IMG/VR virus record: IMGVR_UViG_3300037089_000505
Coordinates: 32,001 to 96,000 of that record
Direction: 5' to 3' (one strand)
Source: a virus
DNA length: 64,000 nucleotides
Below, piece after piece: positions 1 through 10,626 of this stretch. The notes beneath the pieces were generated by a model. That model did no database searches, was not told the DNA's origin, and worked only from the letters and a program-made list of their open reading frames with translations. Within the stretch, counting starts at the first letter, position 1. Every line of letters starts with the position of its first letter. Made by a program: the position numbers and the translations under genes.

Positions 1-65
1 TAGCTGAACGAATTTATATTGATTTGACTATCCAAAACGCTGGGGCAACAGTAACAGTAGGTTAA
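1..65 (+). CDS. 3' end of probable tail sheath protein (partial)
   Basis: Frame from nt 3 reads AERIYIDLTIQNAGATVTVG*, resembling the 'AEFIxIxF' C-terminus of contractile sheath proteins; lies directly upstream of the tail tube gene. Confidence 0.6.
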   Translation, partial: AERIYIDLTIQNAGATVTVG

Positions 66-133
66 AAACTGGAAATTATTATGACGTTTGCTAAGATATT
101 TACAACGTCACGTTTTTACGGAGGAACAAACTA

Positions 134-769
134 ATGCCTATTAGTATAAGTAGTGCAATATCGGGAAGAAGAGAACCAAAGAGAGCCAATAGGTGGGTAC
201 TAAAGTTTGAGACTGTACCTTATCCAGCGGGTTTATTCATAGGAAATCAGAACTTCTCTAACGGTGCTTCGGATATGTCTGAATCACTTGCTATTGACCT
301 GTTGTCCGCATCACGACCAAATGTTAGCCACAACATGGGAGAAATCGCAAGGTTAAATGAAAAATGGAAATTTGCTGTTAACCCAACTTGGGATCCAATA
401 TCAGTTGTATTTTATGACTTTGATTCAGGTTTGGGTTCTACTGCTCAGATCATGTGGAGATGGGCACAGACTGTATATGATGTTCTAAATGGCACGATGG
501 GTTATGCTGCCACCTACAAAGTAGATGCTAGCTTAATATTACTTGGACCCGGTCAAACAAGTACATCTCGGGCAGCAACAACTGACATTGAAATTATAGA
601 GGCTTGGGATATATTTGGCATGTGGCCAAACACTGTAAACGGCGGTGAACTAACTTATGAAGGTACTGATGCGCTAAGGATCACGGCAGAATTCCAATAT
701 GACTATGCTAACCTTCATACTACAACTGACTTTGGTTCGCCCGGTGGTACTTGGAGTACTATTCACTAA
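134..769 (+). CDS. tail tube protein (T4 gp19-like)
   Basis: EPKRANRW N-terminus, W..I.V.FYD, 'WRWAQTVYD..G.MGYA..YK', 'E.W...G.WP..V..GELTYE', F.YDYA; GGAGG SD. Confidence 0.85.
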   Translation: MPISISSAISGRREPKRANRWVLKFETVPYPAGLFIGNQNFSNGASDMSESLAIDLLSASRPNVSHNMGEIARLNEKWKFAVNPTWDPISVVFYDFDSGLGSTAQIMWRWAQTVYDVLNGTMGYAATYKVDASLILLGPGQTSTSRAATTDIEIIEAWDIFGMWPNTVNGGELTYEGTDALRITAEFQYDYANLHTTTDFGSPGGTWSTIH

Positions 770-775
770 ATCTAA

Positions 776-952
776 ATGAAATTAAAAGATCTATTTGAAC
801 AAGGTAATCCGCATTACGGCGAGCTTCCCAGGAGCCCAAAAAATCCTGTTAGAAATATGATAGTCGCAATGCTTAATAAGCTGAAAAAGCAAAAGCCGCT
901 ACCAGTAGATGACATTGCAAAACTAGAAAAGAGGCTTAAAGACCTAAAATAA
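776..952 (+). CDS. small basic protein MKLKDLFE..., possible internal head protein
   Basis: 58-aa ORF read by hand, fills the gap between tube and hub genes. Confidence 0.5.
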   Translation: MKLKDLFEQGNPHYGELPRSPKNPVRNMIVAMLNKLKKQKPLPVDDIAKLEKRLKDLK

Positions 953-1014
953 AAACCGCACTTTTCTGGCAGTAGTCTTAAATTAATATAGAGACTATTT
1001 TGAAGGAGTTCAAT

Positions 1015-1920
1015 ATGGCTGACGATAAAGATAAAATAACTGAAATTCCTATTCCCTTGAATAGACAAAAAGAGAGAGTTCGGGCTTCTCATCCCGAGAA
1101 GCCTGAAATTTCATCTTCTACAAGACCCATCCCAATTAATGCTCCATCTCGTTTTGAACCTCCAGCTATACAAGTAGAGATACCTTCGCATGGATTTCTA
1201 TACGTTGGTAAAGTAAACGATCCTGATTTAGCTAGCGGTACAATCAAAATTAGACAAATGACCTTAAGAGAAGAAAAGATACTAACTACAGATAGGTTTG
1301 TACAAGATGGACGGGCTCTAGATATGATCCTAGAAAATTGTATTAAATCACCTATAAATCCTTATGACCTATTATCCTCTGATAGAGTTTATTTACTATT
1401 TTATTTACGTGGTATGTCTTATGGCTTAGACTATGATTTTGCCGTTAAATGCTATCATTGTGGTTTTAATTTCGAACAGACTGTAAGCATAAACAAATTA
1501 GAGATAGCTGAATGGGAAGTTGCTCCTGAAGAACCAATAGTTATAACTTTGCCAATGTCTAAATTTGTAGTGAAAGCTCATTACATGAGAGGACGTGACG
1601 AACAAAGATTAACAGAAAAAGCTAGAGAGCTTAAAAATATTAATCAATCAGACTCAGCAGCAGGCGACTCTATATCGTTATTGATTGATGAAATTGCTAC
1701 GGATGAAGGGGAAATATTAGGACCTAGAGATAAAGAAGACTTTATCAACAATATGGTCGGCGGTGATGCTGATTATTTTCGAGAAACTATGAACGATAGA
1801 GATTGCGGATTAAAACCACTCAAACACATTTATTGCCCCAAATGCGATGGCGAATTGGAGTTTAGCGTCCCACTCGGACGCAACTTTTTTCGTCGATCTA
1901 GACAGCGAACGCAATCATAA
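1015..1920 (+). CDS. baseplate hub assembly / tail assembly chaperone (T4 gp26-like)
   Basis: IPS.G.LY, 'MT.REEKIL', 'DLL..DR.YLL.YLRG.SYG.DY', CxxC pairs (CYHC, CPKC), ends near 'FF'; AAGGAG SD before ATG 1015. Confidence 0.8.
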   Translation: MADDKDKITEIPIPLNRQKERVRASHPEKPEISSSTRPIPINAPSRFEPPAIQVEIPSHGFLYVGKVNDPDLASGTIKIRQMTLREEKILTTDRFVQDGRALDMILENCIKSPINPYDLLSSDRVYLLFYLRGMSYGLDYDFAVKCYHCGFNFEQTVSINKLEIAEWEVAPEEPIVITLPMSKFVVKAHYMRGRDEQRLTEKARELKNINQSDSAAGDSISLLIDEIATDEGEILGPRDKEDFINNMVGGDADYFRETMNDRDCGLKPLKHIYCPKCDGELEFSVPLGRNFFRRSRQRTQS

Positions 1921-2215
1921 ACGCTATAGAGCTTTAATAGACGAACAATTTCGTATAGCTTATCACTCGGAAGGCGCAATGGATTTTCATGCGTTAGAGT
2001 GTTTGACACATGATGACAGATCTCTTATTGGTGAAATTCTGTCTGAAATAAAACGTGATGAAAAAGAGCAAATAGAAAGATCGTCTGGGCGTCAAAGTGG
2101 ACCTGGCCCTTTACCTAGTTTGAACAACGCGCCCAAAACCCCAACGCAACAAAATTTTAGTAGCCGATCTAGAAATAGTTCAGTTAACATACCCAAGTTC
2201 CCCACAAGAAGATAA
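1847..2215 (+). CDS. gp51-like hub assembly segment, possibly reached by +1 frameshift from the upstream gene
   Basis: 'LIDEQFRIAYH...DFHALECL...DR..I.EIL...K..E' pattern; no SD at ATG 1847; overlaps TTT TTT C at 1885-1891. Confidence 0.6.
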   Translation: MANWSLASHSDATFFVDLDSERNHKRYRALIDEQFRIAYHSEGAMDFHALECLTHDDRSLIGEILSEIKRDEKEQIERSSGRQSGPGPLPSLNNAPKTPTQQNFSSRSRNSSVNIPKFPTRR

Positions 2216-2236
2216 GAGCAAGCATATTTCATAATA

Positions 2237-3268
2237 ATGAAAATTGTTATTTATAGCGATCTGCATTTGTACAATCATCATAGGCTTTTAGTGAATTCTG
2301 AAACGGCTTTAAACTTTTTGTCCTATATAAAGAAGTACGCTTTGGATAATTCAATAAACACAATTATAAGCGCTGGTGATTTTTTTCACACTAAAGCAAA
2401 GGCTTACGCTCCGCATGTCGTGCAAGGCTGGCTGCGTGTGAAAGATATGTACAAATCTAAACTCAAACATTACATGATAGTCGGCAATCACGACATGGCT
2501 AATCCAGAAAATACAATGAACTCTATTTTGTTCTTGTATAGTGATTACGCTAAAATCATACCAGACTATTTTTGGTTGGATACTGAGAAGACTCGTATTC
2601 ATATGCTCAGTTATTCAATTAGCCAATTCGACTTTGAAAATTTTGTTTTAGCTGAAGATAAACATAATGTATTGGTGGCTCATTTAGATATAGTTGGCTT
2701 TATGATGCCCAATGGCTTTAAGTCAAATACAGGTTATAAAGTTGAAGATTTCAAAATGTTTGATTTGGTCATATCTGGCCACTATCATAAATTTCAAACA
2801 AGAGACAACGTCATATACGTTGGAAGTCCCTATCAAACGAGTTTTGCAGAAAGAGAACAACCGCATGGCTTTTTAATTCTTGATACGGATACTGTTCAAT
2901 GGGAATTTGTAGAAAATCTGAGTGCACCAAAATACAAAGTAATTGAAGTCAGAAAAATAGAAGATATACCTCCATCTGAAATTAACGGCAATTTCGTAAA
3001 AGCTAAGATCCTTTCTAGAAACATAAGTAAAGATGAATTAAGAGATTACTTGTTTAAACTCGGAGCTATAAGCGCCGAAGTTATTCCTCCAGAAGATGTG
3101 AAGGAGATAGAAAAATATTATGATAAAGCTCTGGGCAACGATCCAATCGATGTAGCTTCAGCCTATCTGAAAAGTCTAACCGATTTACCTTTTGAAAATC
3201 AAGAGCTAATGAAAGCTTTTGCTAAAATAGCCGAAGTATCAAATAACATAACAGATTATGAAGTTTAA
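2237..3268 (+). CDS. recombination nuclease, Mre11/SbcD/T4 gp47-like
   Basis: SDLH, GDFFH, GNHD, SGHYH, YVGSP phosphoesterase motifs; coupled to a Rad50-like gene. Confidence 0.92.
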   Translation: MKIVIYSDLHLYNHHRLLVNSETALNFLSYIKKYALDNSINTIISAGDFFHTKAKAYAPHVVQGWLRVKDMYKSKLKHYMIVGNHDMANPENTMNSILFLYSDYAKIIPDYFWLDTEKTRIHMLSYSISQFDFENFVLAEDKHNVLVAHLDIVGFMMPNGFKSNTGYKVEDFKMFDLVISGHYHKFQTRDNVIYVGSPYQTSFAEREQPHGFLILDTDTVQWEFVENLSAPKYKVIEVRKIEDIPPSEINGNFVKAKILSRNISKDELRDYLFKLGAISAEVIPPEDVKEIEKYYDKALGNDPIDVASAYLKSLTDLPFENQELMKAFAKIAEVSNNITDYEV

Positions 3269-5075
3269 TTACGTCAAATTTAAAAACTTTCTAAGTTTTG
3301 GCGATTATCTTTGTGTGATTGATTTATCACAACCAGGTCTTACATTAATTACTGGCGACAATCAAAAAGATGGTGGTAGTAATGGAAGTGGTAAATCTAC
3401 TGCAATCGTAGACTCTATCACTTACGCTTTATTTGGTAAGACTACTAAAAAGCTAAAAGCTGAAGCTGTCGTAAATAATAAAATCAAGAAAAATTGCTAT
3501 GTGGAACTAGGCTTTGAAATAAATCAAAAATTCTATGTCATACGCCGATGGAGAGCCCACGAAGAATTTGGCAATAAACTTACATTAGAAGAAGATGAAG
3601 TAGATATTTCTAAAGACAAGATGCCAGATACTCAAGATCTAATTGAGTCAATTATACTAATCGACTTTAAGCCCTTCGTACAATCTATTGTTTTAAGCCA
3701 AGAAAATATAGAAAACTTTGCTAGCGCTGAGCCGCTTGAAAGAAAAAAGATTGTAGAAAATTTATTGATGTTTGGATTCATTACTCAATATCACAAAGGC
3801 ACGAAAGAAATATTACGCAAGATCAATCCACAACTTGAACTCTTACAAGGCTTTTATGTTGACAAGAAAGCAACTATCAAAACACTCACCGACAATCTAC
3901 TCAAATATATAGAGAAGTGGGAAAATGAAATAAAGTCTAAGCGGTCTAGAATAGAATTGCTACAAGAACAAATAGATCAATGGAAACATATTGATGTGGA
4001 TAAAGAACTAAAAACTTTACAAGAGAGAACTCAGAAAATACGAATTAAAGATGAACTGGCAACAAAAAAAGAACACCTTGATGACAATATTTTTAGGACC
4101 AAAGATTATAAGAAGCAACTTGATAAAAAACTAAAAGAGAAAGAGAAAGAAATAGCTGCGGCCAATAAAAACCCCGAAGCGTGTCCAGTTTGTGGCTCTG
4201 ACATTAAAAAGAGTGTATTGAAAGAATACTTGGCTAAGAAACAAAAAGAATTAGATAATCTACGATCTGACTTAAAGTCCCAAGAGCATTACTTACAAGA
4301 AAACATAGACGTGCTAGAAACTACTAAACAGGAACTAGAAATTAAGACGGCTGAAATAGATCAGCTAAATATTTTACTTACTACCCGCTTATCAGAAGTT
4401 GAAGTAGCTAACATAAAACAAACTATAATTAAAGCTGAATCAGAAATTGGTATTTTAGGCGGCCAAATTGAAGGTGACATAGAACTTGACGAATACATAA
4501 AAAATACTCAAGTGGCAATTGAGGGCATTAAGAAAGAAGCCAAAGATATCAGGCTCAAGATGAAGAGATTAGAACACGATGCGCATTTATTTGAGTGGTG
4601 GAAAGAAGCTTTGAGTAATTCGCCGAGCTCTATGAAAACGTTCAGCGTCAATCAAATTTTGATATCTCTTAATAAATACATCAACTATTATTTGAACTTT
4701 TTTGGTTTCAATATAACCTATTCTCTCAGTGCAGAATTGAATGATACAATTACTAAAGACGGCGAAGAAATACCCTTCGGAGCTTTAAGTGGAGGTGAAA
4801 AGAGATCGGTAGAAATTAGTTTAGTATTTGCCCTTTATGAAATCGTGCGGATAAGATTACCCGACAATATAAATATCATTGTTCTAGATGAACTATTGTC
4901 AAGGTATTTAGATGAAGTAAGAATCACTGATGCGCTGGGAATACTAAACGAATTAGAAGAAAGACAGTTAAGTATATTTGTGATTGATCACAAAAATCTA
5001 ATAAAGGAAAGTTTGAACTGTAAAACCATAAATATCACTAAGGGGAAAAATGGCTTTTCAACGCTCGAACAATAA
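3258..5075 (+). CDS. recombination ATPase, Rad50/SbcC/T4 gp46-like
   Basis: FKNFLSF, Walker A NGSGKS, coiled coil with CPVC zinc hook, LSGGEK signature, LDE Walker B. Confidence 0.95.
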   Translation: MKFNYVKFKNFLSFGDYLCVIDLSQPGLTLITGDNQKDGGSNGSGKSTAIVDSITYALFGKTTKKLKAEAVVNNKIKKNCYVELGFEINQKFYVIRRWRAHEEFGNKLTLEEDEVDISKDKMPDTQDLIESIILIDFKPFVQSIVLSQENIENFASAEPLERKKIVENLLMFGFITQYHKGTKEILRKINPQLELLQGFYVDKKATIKTLTDNLLKYIEKWENEIKSKRSRIELLQEQIDQWKHIDVDKELKTLQERTQKIRIKDELATKKEHLDDNIFRTKDYKKQLDKKLKEKEKEIAAANKNPEACPVCGSDIKKSVLKEYLAKKQKELDNLRSDLKSQEHYLQENIDVLETTKQELEIKTAEIDQLNILLTTRLSEVEVANIKQTIIKAESEIGILGGQIEGDIELDEYIKNTQVAIEGIKKEAKDIRLKMKRLEHDAHLFEWWKEALSNSPSSMKTFSVNQILISLNKYINYYLNFFGFNITYSLSAELNDTITKDGEEIPFGALSGGEKRSVEISLVFALYEIVRIRLPDNINIIVLDELLSRYLDEVRITDALGILNELEERQLSIFVIDHKNLIKESLNCKTINITKGKNGFSTLEQ

Positions 5076-5105
5076 TATACTATGATCTGGAGTAAAGATA
5101 ACTAT

Positions 5106-5585
5106 ATGAGCACAGAAAAAAACCCCATCAGCAAGACATGCGTCATTAATGACCCGCTGATTAATACTGTTCAGAATTTGCTATCCACTGGATGGCGCAA
5201 GAAAGAGGATCGTGTTTTCTACAAAGGTAGGAACACTTATATTATAGAGTTGAATGGTAATTACCATCCAATGTGGGGAATTGAGATCACACCCATTAAT
5301 GATGGTTTTGATCCAAACGATTGGAAGCTGCGAAAAGATTTAAACAGCCTAAAGAACTTGGGCCACGTTACCGACAAGAGGCTTTATCTTAACGACGGCA
5401 ACAAAGAAGAAATATCACATATGATTGCTGCATTACAACAGAATCGTTTTAATTTAATCTACGACAATTCCTATGTAGTATTTAGAGCAGCGCCTAATCG
5501 TGTGAGAATCTTTAAAATTGCCGCTACGATGGATTTAGTCGAACAGCCAGACGGCTGGTATGTTGGAGAGAAAAAGATATTATGA
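5106..5585 (+). CDS. hypothetical protein
   Basis: ORF in operon; start at 5082 or 5106. Confidence 0.55.
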   Translation: MSTEKNPISKTCVINDPLINTVQNLLSTGWRKKEDRVFYKGRNTYIIELNGNYHPMWGIEITPINDGFDPNDWKLRKDLNSLKNLGHVTDKRLYLNDGNKEEISHMIAALQQNRFNLIYDNSYVVFRAAPNRVRIFKIAATMDLVEQPDGWYVGEKKIL

Positions 5586-5779
5586 AGATAGGAAAATATG
5601 TGGGACGAAGTTTCTGTTTGGGAAAATGAGGGTGGTTTTAATCGCGAGATTGAAAATCATGGCTCGAAAGAATTAAAAAAGCTTCTAAAAACATTTGAAA
5701 AAATGACACCAGAAGAATATAGAATTTTGCATCAAAAAGCTTGTGAGCTCGAAAAAGAGGACCCGAGTCCAAAAATAAT

Positions 5780-6190
5780 ATGAATCTAAAAATAGGATCC
5801 CGTATATTTCTAAAGAAAGCATTCATTGAAAGAATAGTTAAAACCGGCGATATGTCTGGTAGCTCGTTGGCATTTGGCATAGTGGCAATCACAGATTATG
5901 CCATAAACTTAAAGAATTTACGAACTGGAAAGCTATACACTATTCCTCTAAGTGAAATGCAAGGCAACGTAGATGAGTCAGCTGACTTACAACAACCACG
6001 ACCAATAGCGACTCCAAAAGAAAAGACTGAAGTAGTAACACTAAATTCGACAATCAAAATTGAAACACCAACAAAGCCAAAGAAAGATTTTACATATGAA
6101 GCTACTGCTACTTTACATTTTCCTGCCGCTACTGCAAATGTCGTTATATTAAAGACCGGCGACCCATTTGCCTATTTATATGAGAGCTAA
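5780..6190 (+). CDS. hypothetical protein
   Basis: 136-aa ORF with ATGA overlap with the upstream small ORF 5598-5783. Confidence 0.55.
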   Translation: MNLKIGSRIFLKKAFIERIVKTGDMSGSSLAFGIVAITDYAINLKNLRTGKLYTIPLSEMQGNVDESADLQQPRPIATPKEKTEVVTLNSTIKIETPTKPKKDFTYEATATLHFPAATANVVILKTGDPFAYLYES

Positions 6191-6258
6191 GACAAACAGC
6201 ATATATCATACAATATATTAGTGTGATTAAAGCATTAAAAACGTAAGGAGTAAAAACA

Positions 6259-7371
6259 ATGGATAGAGAATTAAGTGTTCTAGAGAAAAGTTTGTTAGGA
6301 AACATCAACAAAAAGTTTGGCAAAGACATGGAACTAATGGTTCAGCTCACCGATGATGCCATCTACGGTAAACCAAGAGGTTGGGTAGACACTGGCATTT
6401 ACGCATTAAATTGGTTAATATCTGGTGACTTTAATGGCGGTTATCCGGGTGGACGAATTACCGAAATGGCTGGCGATCCAAGCACAGGCAAATCATTGCT
6501 TTGTGAAATGGCCATCAAAGATAAGGATTTAGGACTCGTAATTTATTTTGATACAGAGACTGCTATAGATAAAGACTTCTTAAAATTCTTAGGTGTAGAT
6601 AATTCTAAAATTCTTTATCAACCAATCGACACAGTAGAACAATTAATTAGAGTATGTCAAGAAGTGTTAGATACTGTTGTAGCTAATAACCAGACTGAAA
6701 AGAAAATTTTAATGATCATTGATTCGATAGCTCTAGCTTCCACCGAAAAAGAAATGGATCCTGAAGGTGGGCAAGACATGGGCTATAAGGCCAGAATGCT
6801 CAGAAAGTTCTTCAGAGTATATGCTCGCAAGATTGAGAAATATAACATCGCTTTATTAGCCACTAACCATTACACTCAGAAAGTAGGCCAGAGTTATGGT
6901 CCAAGTAAGGTTACAACGGGCGGTAGTGGGCTGCTATATGCCGCTAGCGTGCGACTAGATCTTAAGGTGGTAGAACTTGAAATCGATAAGAAGCTTGAAT
7001 CATTAGGCGCTAGTTCTGTAATGATCCAAGCAAAAACTGAAAAAAATAGATGCTTTTCGCCTAAACGTAAAGTCAATTTCATGCTAGATTTTGAGAAGGG
7101 TGTCAATAGATATAGCGGCTTATTTAAGATTTTGCAAGATTACAAACTAGCCACAAAAGGGGGCGCTTGGTGCAAATTGGGATTCGAAGTAGACCCAGAA
7201 ATACCTGAAAAATTCTTTGAGAAAGACTTTCCTGGTATTGTAGAAAAATACAACTTGCTACCAATAATTCAAAGCAATCTACAACAAGTTATAAGCAAAG
7301 ACATTGATACAGAAGATCTTGAAATAGAAGCAATGGAAGAAGTGACTGCCAAAGAGTCAGATGGAGAGTAA
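6259..7371 (+). CDS. uvsX: RecA/UvsX recombinase
   Basis: GGYPGGRITE, Walker A GDPSTGKS, YFDTE, IIDSIA, 'TTGG..L.YAASVRL'; AAGGAG SD. Confidence 0.95.
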   Translation: MDRELSVLEKSLLGNINKKFGKDMELMVQLTDDAIYGKPRGWVDTGIYALNWLISGDFNGGYPGGRITEMAGDPSTGKSLLCEMAIKDKDLGLVIYFDTETAIDKDFLKFLGVDNSKILYQPIDTVEQLIRVCQEVLDTVVANNQTEKKILMIIDSIALASTEKEMDPEGGQDMGYKARMLRKFFRVYARKIEKYNIALLATNHYTQKVGQSYGPSKVTTGGSGLLYAASVRLDLKVVELEIDKKLESLGASSVMIQAKTEKNRCFSPKRKVNFMLDFEKGVNRYSGLFKILQDYKLATKGGAWCKLGFEVDPEIPEKFFEKDFPGIVEKYNLLPIIQSNLQQVISKDIDTEDLEIEAMEEVTAKESDGE

Positions 7372-7382
7372 GGAGAAATTAA

Positions 7383-7790
7383 ATGCCTAATGAATATGAG
7401 GCTAAAATACGAAACACCGCCGATACTATAAGATCGTTAAGGGAGAATTCAGGAGCAACTTCAAGCACATTTATGTTTGCCGTCTTGGCAACTTTATTAG
7501 CTAAGAATAAGATTTCCGATAAAGACCTCGACGTTATATTTGATGTAGAGAAGTTTCAAACTCGTAACACCTTAAAGAGTTATTACGAACAAGGCCAGGG
7601 TGACCCACATTTCGAAATGAAAAGTGAGCAAGAATTAATCGATGTTCAAAATGTTTGTGATGCACAAGTAGACGAATACAATAAGTTTGTCAAACAAGTT
7701 GCTTCGCAAATAAAAACTAAAAGACAGAAAAGGAAAGACGGAACTATCCCCGGCAAAGATGAAGACGAGGATGAAGACGAAGATGAATGA
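7383..7790 (+). CDS. hypothetical protein with acidic DE tail
   Basis: AAGGAG SD, 135 aa. Confidence 0.65.
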   Translation: MPNEYEAKIRNTADTIRSLRENSGATSSTFMFAVLATLLAKNKISDKDLDVIFDVEKFQTRNTLKSYYEQGQGDPHFEMKSEQELIDVQNVCDAQVDEYNKFVKQVASQIKTKRQKRKDGTIPGKDEDEDEDEDE

Positions 7791-8056
7791 GCCATATAAA
7801 CCAATCGAAGATTTAAAAGACGATTGGGACTTTGTAAAATCAGATGAAGAAATCATAGCTCGTTATGGACAAGAAACCTATGATCTAATAAAAAAAGTGG
7901 CCGAGTCTAGCGAGAAAAGAATTGCACTTAGATTGAAAAGATCTAAGACGCTTTGGGGTCGATATCTCAATTGGCGAACTGATCGCCAAGAAAGAAAAGC
8001 GGCAGTCAACTTCATCATGTATGGACCGGGTGGCGATTAAAAATAAGGAGAAAACA

Positions 8057-8332
8057 ATGACATTCAAAAAATTCAAGTACACAAAGAAAAGCGACAATGA
8101 AACTAAGGACTATTTTGTTCTAGTATTAGATGAAAATAAAAACCCTAAACATTTTGGTGGTATTGAGTTAGGATTGCTAGATGATAAAGAAATATCACAA
8201 CTGATTACAATTCAAAGTAAATATGAAGAGGCCGTAAAGCCTTTTGTAAGTAAGGCCTATAGACTTTTCATAGAAGAGAACATTAATGACGTCCGTACTG
8301 ACAGTGAAGACGAACTTCTTGATTCTAAGTAG
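8057..8332 (+). CDS. hypothetical protein
   Basis: AAGGAG SD before ATG 8057. Confidence 0.6.
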   Translation: MTFKKFKYTKKSDNETKDYFVLVLDENKNPKHFGGIELGLLDDKEISQLITIQSKYEEAVKPFVSKAYRLFIEENINDVRTDSEDELLDSK

Positions 8333-9665
8333 CGAAGACACAGATCTTTTAGAAAATATATACGATACACTTAGTTTTGCCGACACCTCTAAAGCTTTCT
8401 ATAATGGAGTCTTTAATAAAGATCGAATAACACAAGTACGTTTTTCAAAGTATGTAGAGGGATTAGGCTTACCAAGTTTAAGGATTCCCATAGGCTTTCT
8501 TGATTTTATTCAGAGTGTGCTTAAAGGTTATAGCCACACTGTAGTTGATGATAGAAAGCCTATAAAAGAAATCGAAGTAGACGACATAGAAAATCTAGAA
8601 GGCATAGAATTAGTAGAACATCAAATAGGTGCAATCTATAAAGCTTTAGGTAGAAGACGAGGAATTGTACGAGCTCCCACTGCTTCAGGTAAAACAGAAA
8701 TATTTTTAGCCATACTTAACATGCTTGAAGAACCCTCTTTAGTTTTATTTAACCGTGAACAGCTTGCTAAACAAACGGTAGATAGAGCTGCAGAGCGTGG
8801 CCTAGATGTAGGCTTAGTTCAAGGTCCAAATGTTTTAGAAAAAAATATTACGATGGCCACAGTACAGAGCATACACAAACTCAAGAACATACACAAATAT
8901 AAAAACCTTGTATTAGATGAAGTACATAACTGTGGATCTAAATCATATCAAAAAGTTTTGAAGTTAGCTCATTGGGAAAGAGTGTATGGATTTAGTGCTA
9001 CACCCGTCGATCCTAAAAAAATGAATTTGAGATCTGCTAAATTAATTGCCTATGTGGGACCTATAATTTATGACGTCAGTGCTAAAGAATTAATGGAAGC
9101 CGAGATTATAGCTAAACCAAAAATCTTTATGCTGCCTGTAAACGAACCAGACGATCTTGAAGACTGTAATTATAGAGAAGCTGAGATGTTGGGTTTGATC
9201 TATAACACTTACCGAAACAATCTGATCAAAGACTTGGCTGAAAAACATAAAGAAGATAAGGTATTGATTTTGACTAAATATATCGACCAGGGGCAAGAAA
9301 TAGCTAAGTTGATACCTGATGCTGAATTTATATGGCACGAAGTATCAGTCGCAGAGAGATTAAAAGCAGTCGCAAGATTTGAGAGCGGCGAGCTCAAGAT
9401 ATTAATAGCTTCCCGTATCCTTGATGAAGGCATAGATATTAAAGAATTCAAAGTTCTAATAATAGCCAGTGCAGGTATTAGCTTTATAAAAACTATCCAG
9501 AGATTAGGACGCGGCTTAAGAGTTACTGAAGATAAAAAGAATATAACAGTCTATGATTTTATGGACAACACCAGCCCCAAATTACTTAAACATTCCCGTG
9601 CGAGAAAAAAGACTTACAAAATGTTTGGTTATGATGACATAACTGTAGTGGAGAAAATAGCATGA
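8286..9665 (+). CDS. uvsW: superfamily 2 DNA helicase (UvsW-like)
   Basis: PTASGKT, DEVH, SATP, EGIDI, QRLGRGLR, VYDF.D motifs. Confidence 0.9.
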   Translation: MTSVLTVKTNFLILSSEDTDLLENIYDTLSFADTSKAFYNGVFNKDRITQVRFSKYVEGLGLPSLRIPIGFLDFIQSVLKGYSHTVVDDRKPIKEIEVDDIENLEGIELVEHQIGAIYKALGRRRGIVRAPTASGKTEIFLAILNMLEEPSLVLFNREQLAKQTVDRAAERGLDVGLVQGPNVLEKNITMATVQSIHKLKNIHKYKNLVLDEVHNCGSKSYQKVLKLAHWERVYGFSATPVDPKKMNLRSAKLIAYVGPIIYDVSAKELMEAEIIAKPKIFMLPVNEPDDLEDCNYREAEMLGLIYNTYRNNLIKDLAEKHKEDKVLILTKYIDQGQEIAKLIPDAEFIWHEVSVAERLKAVARFESGELKILIASRILDEGIDIKEFKVLIIASAGISFIKTIQRLGRGLRVTEDKKNITVYDFMDNTSPKLLKHSRARKKTYKMFGYDDITVVEKIA

Positions 9666-9958
9666 TAGAAATACACGATGAAAAATTTATCGCTGAAGGA
9701 ATAGACGACGCCTCTTATTTTATTGAGAAATATAAAGTGACTGGCGACGCTATAAATTTAGATAAAGCTGCTCTTTTATTGAAGAGTGTAAAAGTTTATC
9801 TAACCGCAAAGAAGAGCGTTCTCAACTATGAAATATGAAAACCCTTATCCAATCGAGAGTGTTACAGTCGAATTTGTAGCAATACAACATGGCTGGAAAA
9901 ATTATATCTGGAGTGTATTGTATCAAAGAGAACCAAAATATAGGAGAGGAAACTAGAG

Positions 9959-10222
9959 ATGCCTTTATACGAATATGATTGTCCAAAATGTAAAACTAGA
10001 ACAGATCACTTACATGGTTATAATAAGAAACCAAAACTAAAATGTCCAGAATGCGGTACGCTATTAGCGAAAAGATTTTCACTTACGTCATCTATAATAA
10101 TTAAACAATCATTTAAAGCCGTTTCGAATCCCAGATGGTTAGACAAAAAAATAGAGAAGATAAGAGCCAATCCAGACTTAGACCCATACAAGAAACATAG
10201 GGATAAGGACACACCCTTATAA
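9959..10222 (+). CDS. FmdB-family zinc-ribbon protein
   Basis: MPLYEYDCPKC...CPECG. Confidence 0.85.
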   Translation: MPLYEYDCPKCKTRTDHLHGYNKKPKLKCPECGTLLAKRFSLTSSIIIKQSFKAVSNPRWLDKKIEKIRANPDLDPYKKHRDKDTPL

Positions 10223-10626
10223 GGAGCCTTTCTATGGAACACAGAATATTAGTAGATGATGTTTTATACATCGTAGAAGATAATAAAATAGAAAAACTAA
10301 AAACATGGTTAACTAAAAATGGCCTAGAGGCAGGCCAAGTCAAAAGCGACTTAGATGTTGAAGATATAGTTTATGAGTTTGAAGCAACCGAACCGGTTTC
10401 TAGTAAGTTACCGGTCGAAGATAAAACCCCCAGGAGGAGAAGTAAGAAAAATGAAGATTAATCTCAAGAATTTCGATGAAACAGATTTACTTGAGCTGAA
10501 TGATGAAGCAATCGAGCAACTAAAAGATCAAGACTATAAAGAGACACAAAAAAAGAAAATGAATAGGAATACGAAACATATCGGTAGATCTAAATAACTT
10601 CCCACCATTGCATATTATAATATATA

